NCBI RefSeq assembly: GCF_006345805.1
Contig: NC_043013.1
Location: forward strand, 20,274,001 to 20,338,000
Reading direction: 5' to 3'
DNA length: 64,000 bases
DNA from: Octopus sinensis
Taxonomy: Eukaryota
Under the pieces are notes generated by a model, which was given only the letters and a program-made list of their open reading frames with translations, was not told the DNA's origin and searched no databases. Positions 38,575 to 51,759 of the stretch are shown here, in pieces (within the stretch, counting starts at the first letter, position 1; every line of letters starts with the position of its first letter). A program made the position numbers and the translations under genes.

Positions 38575-38712
38575 CACACACGCACGCACGCATGCACGCT
38601 CGCTCGCTCCCTCGCTCGCTCACTCACTCACTCACTCACTCACTCACTCACTCACTCACTCACTCACTCACTCACTCCTCACTCACTCACTCACTCACTC
38701 ACTCACTCACTC
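38575..38712. repeat. (CTCA)n tetranucleotide microsatellite preceded by CACG/CGCT variants
   Basis: Read directly from the sequence. Confidence 0.95.
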
Positions 38713-39164
38713 ACAATCCTTGGACCATTGCCCAGGTAAAATTATGGTCAGTCTGACTGAGAGTGGATAAAATTTAAAACTGGGAGTTGATCAACAGCTG
38801 TTGTGATGTTCATCATGCAGTTATAAAACAGTAGAAACCTCAGAAGTTGAACTTTCATTCATCATCTTCACCTCATCGCAGCTTCCCTCACTTTATTGTT
38901 GTTGTTGTTTGGTTTAATATTTTTTCAATATGAAGATAATTTAGTTTTTCGCTTTAATGATAAAACATTCTGTTTTATTCAACATTTATCTACAACAATC
39001 TCTTTACATTTAATTAATTCTACTGCTGTAATTATCATTATTATTAATTAAACAACTTGGTAATTAGCATCATCATTGTCTTACTTTATGATTCTAGCTT
39101 ATGTTGTTGTTGTTATGCTCCTAGTCAGCTTTTATTGAAAAGACCTTATGATTGATGGTGTGAG

Positions 39165-39390
39165 CTGGCAGAATCGTTAGCACGCCGGGCGAAATGCTTA
39201 GTGGTATTCCATCTGCCGCTACGTTCTGAGTTCAAATTCCGCCAAGGTCGACTTTGCCTTTCATCCTTTCGGGGCCGATTAAATAAGTACCAGTTATGCA
39301 CTGGGGTCGATATATTCGACTTAATCCGTTTGTCTGTCCTTGTTTATCCTCTCTGTGTTTAGCCCCTTGTGGGTAGTAAAGAAATAGGTA
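39165..39390 (+). mobile_element. SINE family B
   Basis: Matches the family B sequence. Confidence 0.85.
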
Positions 39391-39730
39391 TTATATCCAT
39401 AGCCCTCTTGTCTTCATTTGTTGTTTTTGTTTAGTCCTGGGTCAGCCGTAACTGATCAAAGGTATTCCAGCCACAACGATCCCATCATACGAAAAGCTGG
39501 CTGATCTTACACTGCCTCCATTCAGGCAATCCCAACTCACTTGAACTTTCCTCTGCTCATCACCCATTTTATGTCACACGACCTAAGCCACATCTTTACT
39601 GACCCTAGTCTTTCCCTTGGGGCATATTCACTCTGGAATTTCCTTCCTACATGTTTTCTTGCTCCTATCAACTTACAACTCACATCAGTCTCACTGGGTT
39701 TGGAGGCTCTATTAAGGCCTCAGCCTAATC

Positions 39731-40137
39731 TTTACTATTTTACTTATTTCAGTCATTCGACTGTGGCCATGCTGGAACACCGCCTTTAGCTGAGCAAATC
39801 TATCCCAGGACTTATTCTTTGTAAGCTTAGTACTTATTCTATCAGTCTCTTTTGCCAGACCACTAAGTTACGGGGACATAGACACACCAGCATCAGTTGT
39901 CAAGTGATGTTGGGGGGACAGACACAAACACACAAACACATACACACACATATATACATATACATATATAAAACGAGCTTCTTTCAGTTTCCGTCTACCA
40001 AATCCACTCACAAGGCTTTGGTCGGCCCAAGGCTATAGTGGTAGAAGACACTTGCCCAAGGTGCCATGCAGTGTGACTGAACCCGGAACCATGTGGTTGG
40101 TAAGCATGCTAACTTACCATACAGCCACTCCTGCACC
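39731..40137 (-). mobile_element. SINE family A
   Basis: Reverse complement of the family A sequence. Confidence 0.85.
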
Positions 40138-40514
40138 TTCACCCATCCTCCAAAATAAACCAACAAACAAGTAAAAGAAAATGCGTGTTATTATTTTATG
40201 TCAGTAAGTTGTAATTTGAGGAAGATTTTGCTGTTCTTTCTAGCAGGTCAAACAACCGGGTAGGTTACCTTCTTGCCTGGATGCTGCTGTTGCGTTTGTC
40301 AGTGTTGGTAGTCAGTTGTTGCTGTTTGTGGTGGTCAGCTTGTTGTTGTTGTTATTGTTGCTATTGTTTCCTTTCAGCAGATCTCCGGTTAAATTGCAAA
40401 AAGTGATTAAATTTTAGTCTGGAGTTCTCATTTAAAATTCATGACAAGAAATTCATCCACAAAGCAACAACAACAACAACAACAGCAGCAGCAGCAGCAG
40501 TAACAACAACAGCA

Positions 40515-40546
<32 letters not shown>

Positions 40547-42392
40547 AGCAACAGCAACAACAACAACAACAACAATGATTTCTTTTATTTGCCACCAGGC
40601 TGAAGGGTGAGGGGGCCAATACAAAGACATAATAATAATAATAATAATGATAATAATAGCAGCAATAATAATGATAACAATAATTATAATGGCTTTTTTT
40701 TGTTTACCATTGGGTATGGTTGAGAGGAAAGCTCATGATTTGTGTGAAGGTTTACATAAAAGACAAGTGGAAAGAAAGGGAAAAAACGGTGAAATGAGAT
40801 AAAAGTATGCTGAGTATACAAAATTTGTGAACAGAAGAATGATCCACTCCTCCTGATACAGAGACTCAGACTAGGGACAATCAAGGAACACCATAGATCC
40901 ACGAAAACCTTGACCACCAAATGCATGATCCATTGTCCTGGTGTTTCCCAGTCTGCATGTACATGATTAGAGCAGGTCCATTCATTTTAACCATTTTTTT
41001 CCACAGACACCCATCTTTTTCACAGATTCATCAGGAGAAAGTACTTCTCTCTCCACACTTACTTTCCTTTCCAAACTGGAACTTATAATGCCGATGAGGG
41101 CTTGGCTGAAGAGGAAGTGTCTTTCCTCAATCCATTCAGCCTCATCTACCACACAACATCTTTTGTCATAGCCACTGGACAGAGGAACATTACCCGCTCT
41201 GCCTTGTAAAAGGCAGTTGGTAAGGGCAATCCTCTAGATAGACTCAGCTGGTTGCTGGATTTAACCTAAATGTGGCGACAACAGTTTAAATCATAAATTG
41301 CCTATTTTCCCATAAGTATCTACAATGGATGAGGAATATATTTGAAGAACAAAATTATAAAAGCAGTGAGGGAGAGAGAGTTATGCAGAACCATCATCAT
41401 CGTCATCATCATTTGATGTCTGTTTTCTGTGCTGGCATGGGTTTGATGGTTTCATGGGAGTTGGCAAGCCAGAAGACAGCACCAGGCTCTCATGGTGATG
41501 GTCATGGTGGTGTTCCTCTTGTGCTTGTTATTCTATTACACTTTAGCCTCTTGCCATCTGGCATAGAGATTGCTCCCTCTTTAACTACAGCCCCCACCTA
41601 GTCAACGAGGGTTCTTTTCTTTTCCTTTCCTTTGTTTTGTGAGTTACTTGGCAACTTCACCAATGCTAGTGGCAAAAAAAAAAAACAAAACAAATAAATA
41701 AAAGCAGCTAATCCACTCTCTAGAGTTGCTGGCATTAGGAAGGGTATCCAGGTGTGGAATCCACCCTTAAGCAGACATTGGAGCTTGATGCTGTCCTCAA
41801 ACTTGCTGGATCCTGCTGATCCACCCAGCCTGAGCCAACATGGGAGACAGAAGTTAATGATGATGAGGAGGAGGAGGAGGCTTAAGATAGTACTGGTGGT
41901 TGTGGTGGTGGTGGTGGTGGCAGTGGTAGTAGCAGAGGTTGCAGTGGTTGTCTAGTTGATAGAGAATAGCATTGTTATCAGTAATGTTCATGGTGATAGT
42001 AGTGATGGCAGAGAGGATGTTGCCGGTGGTGATGTTGATGATGGTAATGTTTAGTGATACTGATAATACTGATGATGGTGGTTGTGGTAGTGGTTACTAC
42101 AACAGTGATGATGTGGGTGGTGAAAATTACAACATCATAAACAGTACTAATTACAAAAAAAAAAAACAACAACAACAACAACAGAAGTTCATCAGGATAA
42201 TAAATTAAGTGTACAATAGTTCCTCCTGAGTAATTAGTCACATGATTGTAATTTACAGTCGACTCATTTAAAATAATCAACGTTGAAGAGGGAAATACTC
42301 ACAACTGTCACTCCAGATTAAATATCATGATGATGATGATGATGAGGAGGAGGAGGAGGAGGGCTATCCTCATCGTCATCATCATAATAACC

Positions 42393-42785
42393 AGTTTCTT
42401 TACTACCCACAAGGGGCTAAACAGAGAGAAGACAAACAAGGACAGACAAAGGGATTAAGTCGATTATATCGACCCAGTGCGTAACTGGTACTTATTTAAT
42501 CGACCCCGAAAGGATGAAAGGCATAGTCGACCTCGGCGGAATTTGAACTCAGACCATTGTGGCAGATGAAATGCCTATTTCTTTACTACCCACAAGGGGC
42601 TAAACACAGAGAGGACAAACAAGGACAGACAGACGGATTAAGTCGATTATATCGAACCCAGTTCGTAACTCGTACTTCTTTAATTGACCCCGAAAGGATG
42701 AAGGGCAAAGTCGACCTCGGCGGAATTTGAACTCAGAACGTAGCGGCAGATGAAATACTGTTAAGCATCTCGCCCGGCGAGATGC
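42393..42785 (-). mobile_element. Tandem pair of SINE family B
   Basis: Two consecutive reverse-complement copies with a junction near 42575. Confidence 0.85.
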
Positions 42786-42789
42786 TTAA

Positions 42790-43243
42790 CCAACAGGAAA
42801 AAATTGTTGAAACCACAGGTAAATTTTGGGGGCCTCCTATGTGGTTGTCTCATCATATGTCTACAGAAAAGAAGGTCACACTGTATAATGTAGTTCTTGG
42901 TGTACCATGGACTAGGGAAAAAGCTGGATGGTTGTGGGCCATTACATTACTGTTCATGCACCAATTCACACAGCTAAATTTGTTACTGAATAGCACAAGG
43001 AACATTCTAGTGAAGTTGAACATCTTATCTGGCCACTACAGTCTCCAGGTCTCAATATCATTGAACATTTATGTTTTAGTTGAAGAATGGACGAAAATTC
43101 CTTTGGAAGCAATTCAAACTTTGTACGAGTCCATAGCTCATAAAATTCTAGCTGTAGTTACTGCCAAAAGTGGTCTTACCCCATGTTAAAATAAATTTGT
43201 TTGAAATTTTTAGGTATTTCCATTATTTTGTCCAACCTTTGTA
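42790..43243 (+). mobile_element. Tc1-like transposase relic with 3' TIR
   Basis: HAPIHTAKFVTE*HKEHSSEVEHLIWPLQSPGLNIIEHL and EEWTKIPLEAIQTLYES...AVVTAKSG. It ends gtatttccattattttgtccaacctttg-ta. Confidence 0.75.
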
Positions 43244-43339
43244 TATCCTACAGCTATATAATAACCGATTATATTGTATATATATGAACGTATATACATA
43301 TACACCCACCTTTCTATATATTTCTCTCTCTCACTCTCT

Positions 43340-43384
<45 letters not shown>

Positions 43385-43481
43385 ACATGCAATAAGACAC
43401 ACATACATATATATGTGCACACACATACATATATATACATATACTTATATCTATCTATCTGTCTCTATATCTCTTCCACAG

Positions 43482-43576
43482 ATATGCAATAACAGACTAT
43501 GCCTACCGGTCAATGAGAGATCGTAACTTGGATCAATGCATCATCATCTCAGGTGAAAGCGGAGCTGGGAAAACGG
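43482..43576 (+). CDS. Myo1: Class I myosin motor-domain exon containing the P-loop
   Basis: Acceptor ctcttccacag and donor gtaagc. The first A completes the ATA (Ile) codon split from the 14322-14437 exon, then YAITDYAYRSMRDRNLDQCIIISGESGAGKT. Reading frame and protein sequence are continuous between the two exons. Confidence 0.95.
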
Positions 43577-43589
43577 GTAAGCATTTCAC

Positions 43590-43925
43590 ATTCTTCTTCT
43601 TATTCTTCTTCTTCTTCTTCTTCTTCTTCTTCTTCTTCTTCTTCTCTTCTTCTTCTTCTTCTTCTTCTCTTCTTCTTCTTCCTCTTTTCTTCTTTTTCTC
43701 CTTCTTCTCCTTCTTCTCCTTCCTCTTCTTCTTCTTCTTCTCCTCCTTCTCCTTCTTCTTTTTTTCTTCTCCTTCTTTTTCTTCTCCTTCTTGTTCTTCC
43801 TCTTCTTCTTTTTCTTCTTGTTCTTCTTCTTGTTCTTCTTGTTCTTCTTTTCCTTCTTCTTCTTTTTCTTTTTCTTCTTCTTCTTCTTCTCTTTTTCTTC
43901 TTCTTCTTCTTCTTCTCCTCCTCCT

Positions 43926-43960
<35 letters not shown>

Positions 43961-44087
43961 TTCTTCCTACTCTTCTCCTTCTTCTTCTTCCTACTCTTCT
44001 TCTTCTTCTCCTCCTCCTTCTTCTTCTCCTTCTTCTTCTTTTTTTTCTTCTTCTTCTTCTTCTTCTTCTTCTTCTTCTTCTTCCTCC
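43590..44087 (+). repeat. ~500-bp (CTT)n-rich polypyrimidine tract starting ~14 bp after the myosin donor site
   Basis: Read directly from the sequence; almost exclusively C/T. Confidence 0.95.
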
Positions 44088-44457
44088 ATCACCACACCAC
44101 TACCTCTACTACTACCATCACCACCACCACTGCTGCTACAGCTACGTGTTGATGGTGGGGGATGCCATGCGCATCCATGGCTGTGTTTATTGCTGTTTTC
44201 ACTCCCAGGTCAGCCTGACTTGAACAAACTTGCAATCAAAGATATTTCCACCCATGCTCATTCTGTCTTTTTACATAGCAAAAGTCTGCATTCTCTTTTG
44301 CATATCCATTTTTTTTTTGTGTGTGTGTTTTTTTAAGATGCCGGTGTGTGATTTGATTGCTCTTTCTAGCAAGTGGAGCGACCACTTGGAGACTTTATGC
44401 ATGTCATTGATGGCAGTTTTGAGGAATAAAGGACTGGACAGTGTGACACAGTTAATA

Positions 44458-44875
44458 TTACTCTTTTACTCTTTACTCTTTTACTTGTTTCAGTCATTTG
44501 AATGCGCCCATGCTGGAGCACCGCCTTTAATCGAGCAACTCGACCCCGGGACTTAACTCTTTGTAAGCCCAGTACTTATTCTATCGGTCTCTTTTGCCGA
44601 ACCGCTAAGTAACGGGGAAATAAACACACCAGCATCGGTTGTCAAGCAATGCTAAGGGGACAAACACAACACCACCACACACACACACCACACATATATT
44701 ATATATACACATATATACGACGGGCTTCTTTCAGTTTCCGTCTACCAAATCCACTCACAAGGCTTTGGTCGGCCCGAGGCTATAGTAGAAGACACTTGCC
44801 CAAGGTGCCACGCAGTGGGACTGAACCCGGAACCATGTGGTTGGTAAGCAAGCTACTTACCACACAGCCGCTCCT
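44458..44875 (-). mobile_element. SINE family A (further partial copies at ~6300-6490, 7200-7480, 14915-15040, 23870-24070, 28632-28800, 46230-46560, 51410-51620)
   Basis: Reverse complement of the family A sequence. Confidence 0.85.
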
Positions 44876-46119
44876 TGGTGAACTCTGATGATAAAGGCGA
44901 TGATGATGATGGTCATAATAATGATGCTGGTAATGGTTGTGATGATGATGTTGGCTATGGTGATAGTGGTGGCAGGAAATTTAAGCACATAAGAAGAAGA
45001 GCTGGAACAAATACTATAAAACATCTTGTCTGATGCTCTTACGTACATTTTATGGAGGTGGGGAGAAACTCCACACCTGACTCATCTTTTATTTCAACAA
45101 CCATCATCATCATTATCATCATCATCGTTTTCCATGCTAGCATGGGTCGGATGGTTCGACCAAGGTCTGGGAAGCCAGGAGGCTGCACCAGGCTCCAGTC
45201 TGATCGGGCAGTTTTTCTACAGCTGGATGCCCTTCCTAATGCCAACTACTCCATGAGTGTAGTGGGTGCTTTTTACGTGCCACTGGCACAGTGGGCAGAG
45301 GAGGCTGGCAAATGGCCACAATCGGTTGGTGCTTTTTACATGTCCGAGCTGACATGGGTTGGCTGGTTTGACCAGAGCTGGCAAGCTGGGGAGTTGCACC
45401 TGTCTCCAGTCTGATTCAGCATAGTTTCTATGGCTGGATGCCCTTCCTAATGCCAACCACATTACAGAGTGTGCCGAGTGTGTTTACGTGACACCACACA
45501 GGTGCTTTTACATGGGGCTGCATGGGCTCTTTTACATGGTATCACATGGGTGCTTTTACATGGAACAACACTTCTGCTGTGAAATAAAGGTCTTCTTGAG
45601 GACAGCAAGGGGTCAGGCATCTCAGTCCTATGTCATCTCACATGAAAGGTTTACTGTGGATGTACATGGCCTAGTGGTTAGAGCAGCAGGCTTGTGGTTG
45701 AGGGATCACGGGTTCGAATCTCAGACTGGACGATGTGTGTGTTTATGAGCGAAACACCTAAGCTCCACGCCTCTCCGGCAGAATGTAATGGCGAACTTCT
45801 GCTGACTCTTTCGCCACAACTTTCTCTCACTCTTTCCTCCTGCATCTTGCAGCTCACATGCGACGGACCGGCGTCCCGTCCAGGTGGGGAACCTATATGC
45901 CAAGGAAACCGGGAAACCGGCCCTAATGAGCCAGGAATGGCTTGAGAAGGAACAAACAACAACAACATCTCACATGAAAAGTTTACTGTCCTGATGTTGT
46001 TCTTTAGTACTTCGTCCCATGTCTTCCTGGGTCTTGCCACGTAGTCCATCTGCTTTGAGGAATCAGCACTTTTTGTAGACACATACATGCATACACACAC
46101 ACACACACACATGCAAATG

Positions 46120-46161
<42 letters not shown>

Positions 46162-46804
46162 TATTACAATGCTGTAAAGCAGCTTGATTTAATCACAATA
46201 TTTCCCGCTGACACATAGCTGTTGGCATGGTGGTGTGGTTGAATAGTTTTGTTTCCCTACTACATGGTCCTAGGTTCAGTCCCACTGCATGTCACTTGGG
46301 GCAAATGCCTTCTGCTATAGCCCTTGGCTGACCAAAGCCTCGTGAGTCGATTTGGCAGGTGGGAACTGAAAGAAGCCTGTTGTGTATCTGTGTGTGTGTG
46401 TGTGTGTGTGTTGTGTGTGTGCGTGCCCTTGACTTGTCATCATATGATGGTTTTTAAATGGATGTCACAGTCATATAAGCAGTGTCGTTCCTTTTCAATA
46501 TTCCATGAGAACATGTCCATCCATGAGGAAATATTACTTTGCTTCAAAAGAGGTGATGGTGAGAGACAGGAAGAGCATCCGCCCAGCTAAGCCATCATTA
46601 GACTGCTCGACAATGGCTTAGCTGGCCAAAACTTCGAAGTTACTGTTAACCTCCTGCATAAGAGGAGGGGCTGTGTGGTATGTAGCTTGCTTATGAACAT
46701 CATGCAGCACAAAGTTTTGTCAGTGAACAGGTCACGGTCTCAAAGCGACAAAATATTTTGACAAATTAAATTTAAATGTTGAAGTGAATCTAACGGTTTT
46801 TGTG

Positions 46805-46837
<33 letters not shown>

Positions 46838-47019
46838 GGAAGTGGGAAGGATTGATCTTGTAATAATAAAGATGACGATGATAGTGATGAAATTGAAGGC
46901 ACCTAAGCTGAATCCAGAATGTAAAGTCACATAGTTTTAAGACAATGCACCACAACTGTATCCATGTTTCTCTCTCTCTATCTCTCTTTACATACATATA
47001 TATATTATGTATGTGTGTG

Positions 47020-47209
47020 TGTGACAGCGTGTGATTTTTTTTCCTCCATTTTCCCTTCTTTGGATCTTTCCTTTTCCTATGTTTCTGATGAAGAGCTCCG
47101 CTCGAAATGTTAAACCCCCCCTTCTTTCCTGAGCGTCCAATAACACTATACTTGTTCCACGTCCTCACATTGTTGTGTTTTCTCTTGTTGTGTTTTTATG
47201 TTTGGATTA

Positions 47210-47215
<6 letters not shown>
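47020..47215 (+). mobile_element. Penelope pseudo-LTR-like fragment with decayed hammerhead at 47081-47115
   Basis: GUUU-CUGAUGA-A-GAGC UCC GCUC-GAAA(U)GUU-AAAC, followed by (TA)n. Confidence 0.55.
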
Positions 47216-47245
<30 letters not shown>

Positions 47246-48266
47246 ATATTCACTTATTTACAGACCAGCAAGTAAAGATAATCTGTCTATCTCTTTATCT
47301 CTCAATACATACAAACATTCATGCATACACACATGCACACACATGTATACGTACATACATATATACACACATATATGTACACACATATGTACACTCATAC
47401 ATAACATACATACATACACACACACATACATACATACACATACATACATACATACACACATTACTACATTCAGAGATAGGCAGGTAGAGATACACATGTC
47501 CACCTAGATATACACCCATTCGCTTGTCTCCTCACCAATTCCATGCTGTTCTTTTTTTACATTTCCCATTTCCATTAAAAGACTCTTTTCTCCTCTCATA
47601 AAGACTTTAAATTGTTTTTTTCATCTCATCATAATTAAATATCATCTCATCCCAGAATTTTCTTTTGTGTCTATAAATGATTCCATGTGTGTATACATGT
47701 TGTTATATAATTGTGTGTGTGTGTATACACTTCTAAATGTAATTGTCTGTATATATATATATATATATATGTGTCTCTATATAATTGTGTGTGTATGTCT
47801 ATATAGAATTATGTATGTGTGTGAATATATATATATATATACACACACAGTTGTGTGTGTGTATATTTGTCTCTGCATATGATTGTGTGTGTGTGTGTTT
47901 ACTAAGTCTTTATTTTTTCTCATGGTTTTGCTTCTTCCATCTTCCCTATCAATTCCGTTTGTTAATTATCTGTTGTTTTCTCGTTACTTACTAATTATAA
48001 TTCTTAGAATGAGTAAATAGAGAAAAAAAGGGGGCAAAAAACAAAATTACAACAGTACCAACAATAGCATGGACAACAACAACAACGACAACAATAATAA
48101 TGATAGTAATAATAATAATAAGAAGAAGAAGAATGAGAAGAAGGAGAAGAAGAATGAGAAGGAGGAGAAGAAGAAGGAGAATGTGAAGGAGAAGAAGAAG
48201 AGGAAGAAGAAGAATGATAATGATAATAATAATAATAATAATAATGATAATAATAATAATAATAAT

Positions 48267-48303
<37 letters not shown>

Positions 48304-48699
48304 TAAAGATAATAATAATGGTTTGTTATTCAGGCAGAAAATTGTTAAGGGGATGGTGTTAGTGGATGAAATACTGCTGAGCATTTTGCCCAGTATGTTA
48401 ACGGTTCTGCCACCCCTGTGCTGACCATAGAGTTTCATAGAGGGACATGGGCAGGTGTGTTTCTGTAGAGGAGATATAGGGTTGTCCCAGATGGAAGAGA
48501 AAGGAGAGGGTGCTGATAAATGTTATTCAATACCACATGGCATTTTAACTGCTGCTCCCATTCACTTTCCTCAATATTTGGAACATCTAATATGAGCCTA
48601 AGAAATATTGTTATTTAGTCAACACTTGTAGAAGATTGGCTCTGCTTTTATCAACCTCAGTATTGTAGAAGTTTAGAAATGGGATTTACTGAGATTTGA

Positions 48700-49400
48700 A
48701 CCCAGAATGTGTCTTATCCTGATATATTGTCCATCCCACTAATGACTCTGATAAGCGCCTTCGCTGGTTTGTGCAAGATGCGAGCAGGACAGTGAAACTA
48801 TCCTGCACACAATTGTGCAATGCCACAAGGTGACTGAGCTCTGGGCTTATGTCGAACACCTGCTGTCGCATTCGAGAAGAGTACAACTGTCGAGCGAATC
48901 TGTAATTAAGATTGTTCTGCCGACCTCCCTGAATAGGGAGGAGCAAGCCTGTTCTCTCTCGGTAATTGCTGTTGCGAAAGAGGTTGTATGGAAGACGAGT
49001 GTGAAAGGAATTGCAACAGGCATGTTCATCTCCAGTCTCGAGGTAATCAACTTTTTCGTTTTCCACATGAAGCAGAAAATAAGGCTGGAGAAGAAATGCC
49101 TGTCACAAAGTGTGTTTCATAAAAGATGGAAGTCTATAGCAAGTATGTTGCGAGTGAAAGAACCTGTCTAAACGAGAATATAAAAAGGACAAAGCTAAGA
49201 CTTCAGTGTGAGTATGTGGTTTGTGGGGTCAACAGCGTCCTCCACTTCATTTTTTGTAAATCACTCATTCTCATTAAATTGTATATATTTTAATTGTTTG
49301 TTTGCTTTGTCTCATTCGATACCCTGACCCCAATGTTTCTTTTGTCTGTCCTCGTATCGTCCCCTCTTTTTCTCAACCCCATGGTTAATAAAGAAATTGA
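48700..49400 (+). mobile_element. L1/Tx1-clade LINE ORF2 C-terminus and 3' UTR
   Basis: CARCEQDSETILHTIVQCHKVTELW (CxxC..ETxxH...C zinc knuckle) from 48770, in frame with ORF 48815-49171. aataaa lies near 49387. Confidence 0.75.
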
Positions 49401-49424
49401 CAAGCTGCCACCCTTTATCCTCCT

Positions 49425-49628
49425 ATACCTATTTCTTTACTACCCACAAGGAGCTAAACACAGAATAGACAAGCAAGGACAGACAAAGGGATTAAGTTGA
49501 TTATATCAACCCCAGTGCATAACTAGTACTTAATTTATTGACCCCAAAAGGATGAAAGGCAAAGTCGACCTCGGCGGAATTTGAACTCACAACATAACGG
49601 CTACGCATTTTGCCTGGCATGCTAACGA
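49425..49628 (-). mobile_element. SINE family B (other decayed copies at ~4815-5030, 9740-9920, 10560-10740, 22480-22660, 24720-24920, 63030-63230)
   Basis: Reverse complement of the family B sequence. Confidence 0.8.
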
Positions 49629-51759
49629 TTCTGCCAGCTCGCTGCCTTTTATCCACCTATACCTCTGCATGTCTTGTAATAGTCACAGATCTACTGTAGA
49701 CTGTTCCTATGGGATTTACTGGGATTTGGACACAATGCGTCTTATCCCAATAGATCTGCTCTAGACTGTTCCTGTCACAAGTGCTAACCTAAATAAAGGT
49801 ATTAATAAAAAATAATAGTGTCCCTCTTGCACATCATTGTTGCTGTCTAAGAGACTAGTAAGCACTGGTACAGCTTAGTGCCAGTGTTGTCATCAATGTA
49901 AATCCCAGAAGACAACGAACCACAACAGATATACCAAAATGTCTCATCTGATTCTTTGAAATGGCACTGCTTCTCCACAATGAACTGAAAGCAAAATTAC
50001 CGTGGTAAAATTTGAGCACAGACCATAGAGAATTTTGGACACCCTCTGATGCTTTACTACTCTTCCACCATTCTAGTAGCATAATAAATGGTAACACATC
50101 ATGTAACACCACTCCACCATACCACTGTGCCACTCCACCCCTCTACCACCACCAATAATGGTAAAACATAATGTGGCAGTATGCTACATACTACCTTAAT
50201 GAGCTCAGAAATAAATTTAAAGAGTATATATATATCAATATTTATTTAGTTTTCATTTTTTTTTTCCAACAAATTATACCTGAAAAACAAAAAAAAATTC
50301 TTTGTTGGTAAAAGAAATGCTTACCTTTTTTTTCCTGACATCCATTATTCCGTTTTGAAATGATTCATTGAAAATTCTTTGTTGCTGTAATAGAGTTACT
50401 GTTTTTTTAAGTATTTATTATTAAGTCTGTATTTTATGTACACACATACACAATGTATACATGTATATAGGTGTATATATTTACATAGAGTTTTAGTACC
50501 AAGTAATGTATAGGTGTGTTTTGTGTACACACTTATACACGTGCTTGCACATATAGGAGTATACATACATACATACATAAATACATACATACATACATAC
50601 ATACATACATACATACATACACACACACATACATATATGTACATGTATACACACACTTGTATGTGTACTTATATATGTATGCGTATATATCTTACACACA
50701 CATACATGTGTATATATGCGGGTTTATATAATTATATATTTGCATTGTATGTTGTATGAAACTTTTGTCTTTGCCAAAAAGTTCCTTGTAGTGGGTGGTG
50801 ATGGAATGGAACGGAGCGAAAATAGGTCTGAATTTCAAGTAAAAGGAATCGGTGATGATAGGGTGTGGTGCAGCTGGGAAGACATCTGTGTTTAATTTTG
50901 AAAATAATTAGTTCGAAAATAGCTTAATAACTTACTATGTTTTTTTGACTGATCAATTTACTGTGAGCTACGGCAGAAATCAAAGGAAGAAAGTAATATT
51001 TTGAAGAAGAAAGAAAAAATAATGAGAGTTCACAGAAGATATTTTAGTGGAGAATTGGTAAATAAAAGATCAGAAAAATTCTTTAAAAAAAGTAGTTTAT
51101 TAAATGGGGTAAAAAAAGTAAGAATCTTATTTTATTTAACCATTCCACTTATTGGATCAAAATGATCAACTTTGCCATATTTGATAGCATATTTTTTGTA
51201 GCTGGGTAGGTAATATGTTCAGTATGTGATCTTATAGTCTCAAGTTCAATACTGCTGTATGGCACTTAGTTTTGTGTTTGTATGGTAGAGCAGATAGAGA
51301 AATAAAAGATATAGATATATTGAAGAACTGCTGGTCCATGAAGAATAGTCAGTGAGATACCCAGGATATCTGGCAACGTAGGTTACATGCTAATCATCCA
51401 AATAGTTACTCTTTTACTCTTTTACTTGTTTCAGTCATTTGACTGTGGCCATGCTGGAGCACCGCCTTTAGTGGAGCAAATCGACCCCGGGACTTATTCT
51501 TTGTAAGCTCAGTACTTATTCTATCGTTCTCTTTTGCCAAACCGCTAAGTGACGGGGACGTAAACACACTAGCATCAGTTGTCAAGCAATGCTAGGGGGA
51601 CAAACACAGACACACAAACACACACACATACACATATATATATATATAATTAATTACATAATTTAGGAAAGTGTCATAATTAATGACTGATATAGGAGTA
51701 TCTCTATAAAGTGCTACAAGGAACTGAAGAAGATTTAAATTACTAAACCAGGCTCTGAT

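Larger units (their letters stand above)
14438..43481 (+). other. 29,044-bp phase-2 GT-AG intron of the myosin I gene
   Basis: The flanking exons join as ...ELPAH-I-YAITDYAYRS..., which is contiguous in myosin I, so no coding exon is missing between them. Confidence 0.85.

Noticed and set aside
43577-44336. ORF 43513-44223 continuing from the P-loop into poly-F/L/S
   Set aside because: It reads through a canonical gtaagc donor into the (CTT)n tract. Only 43482-43576 is exon.
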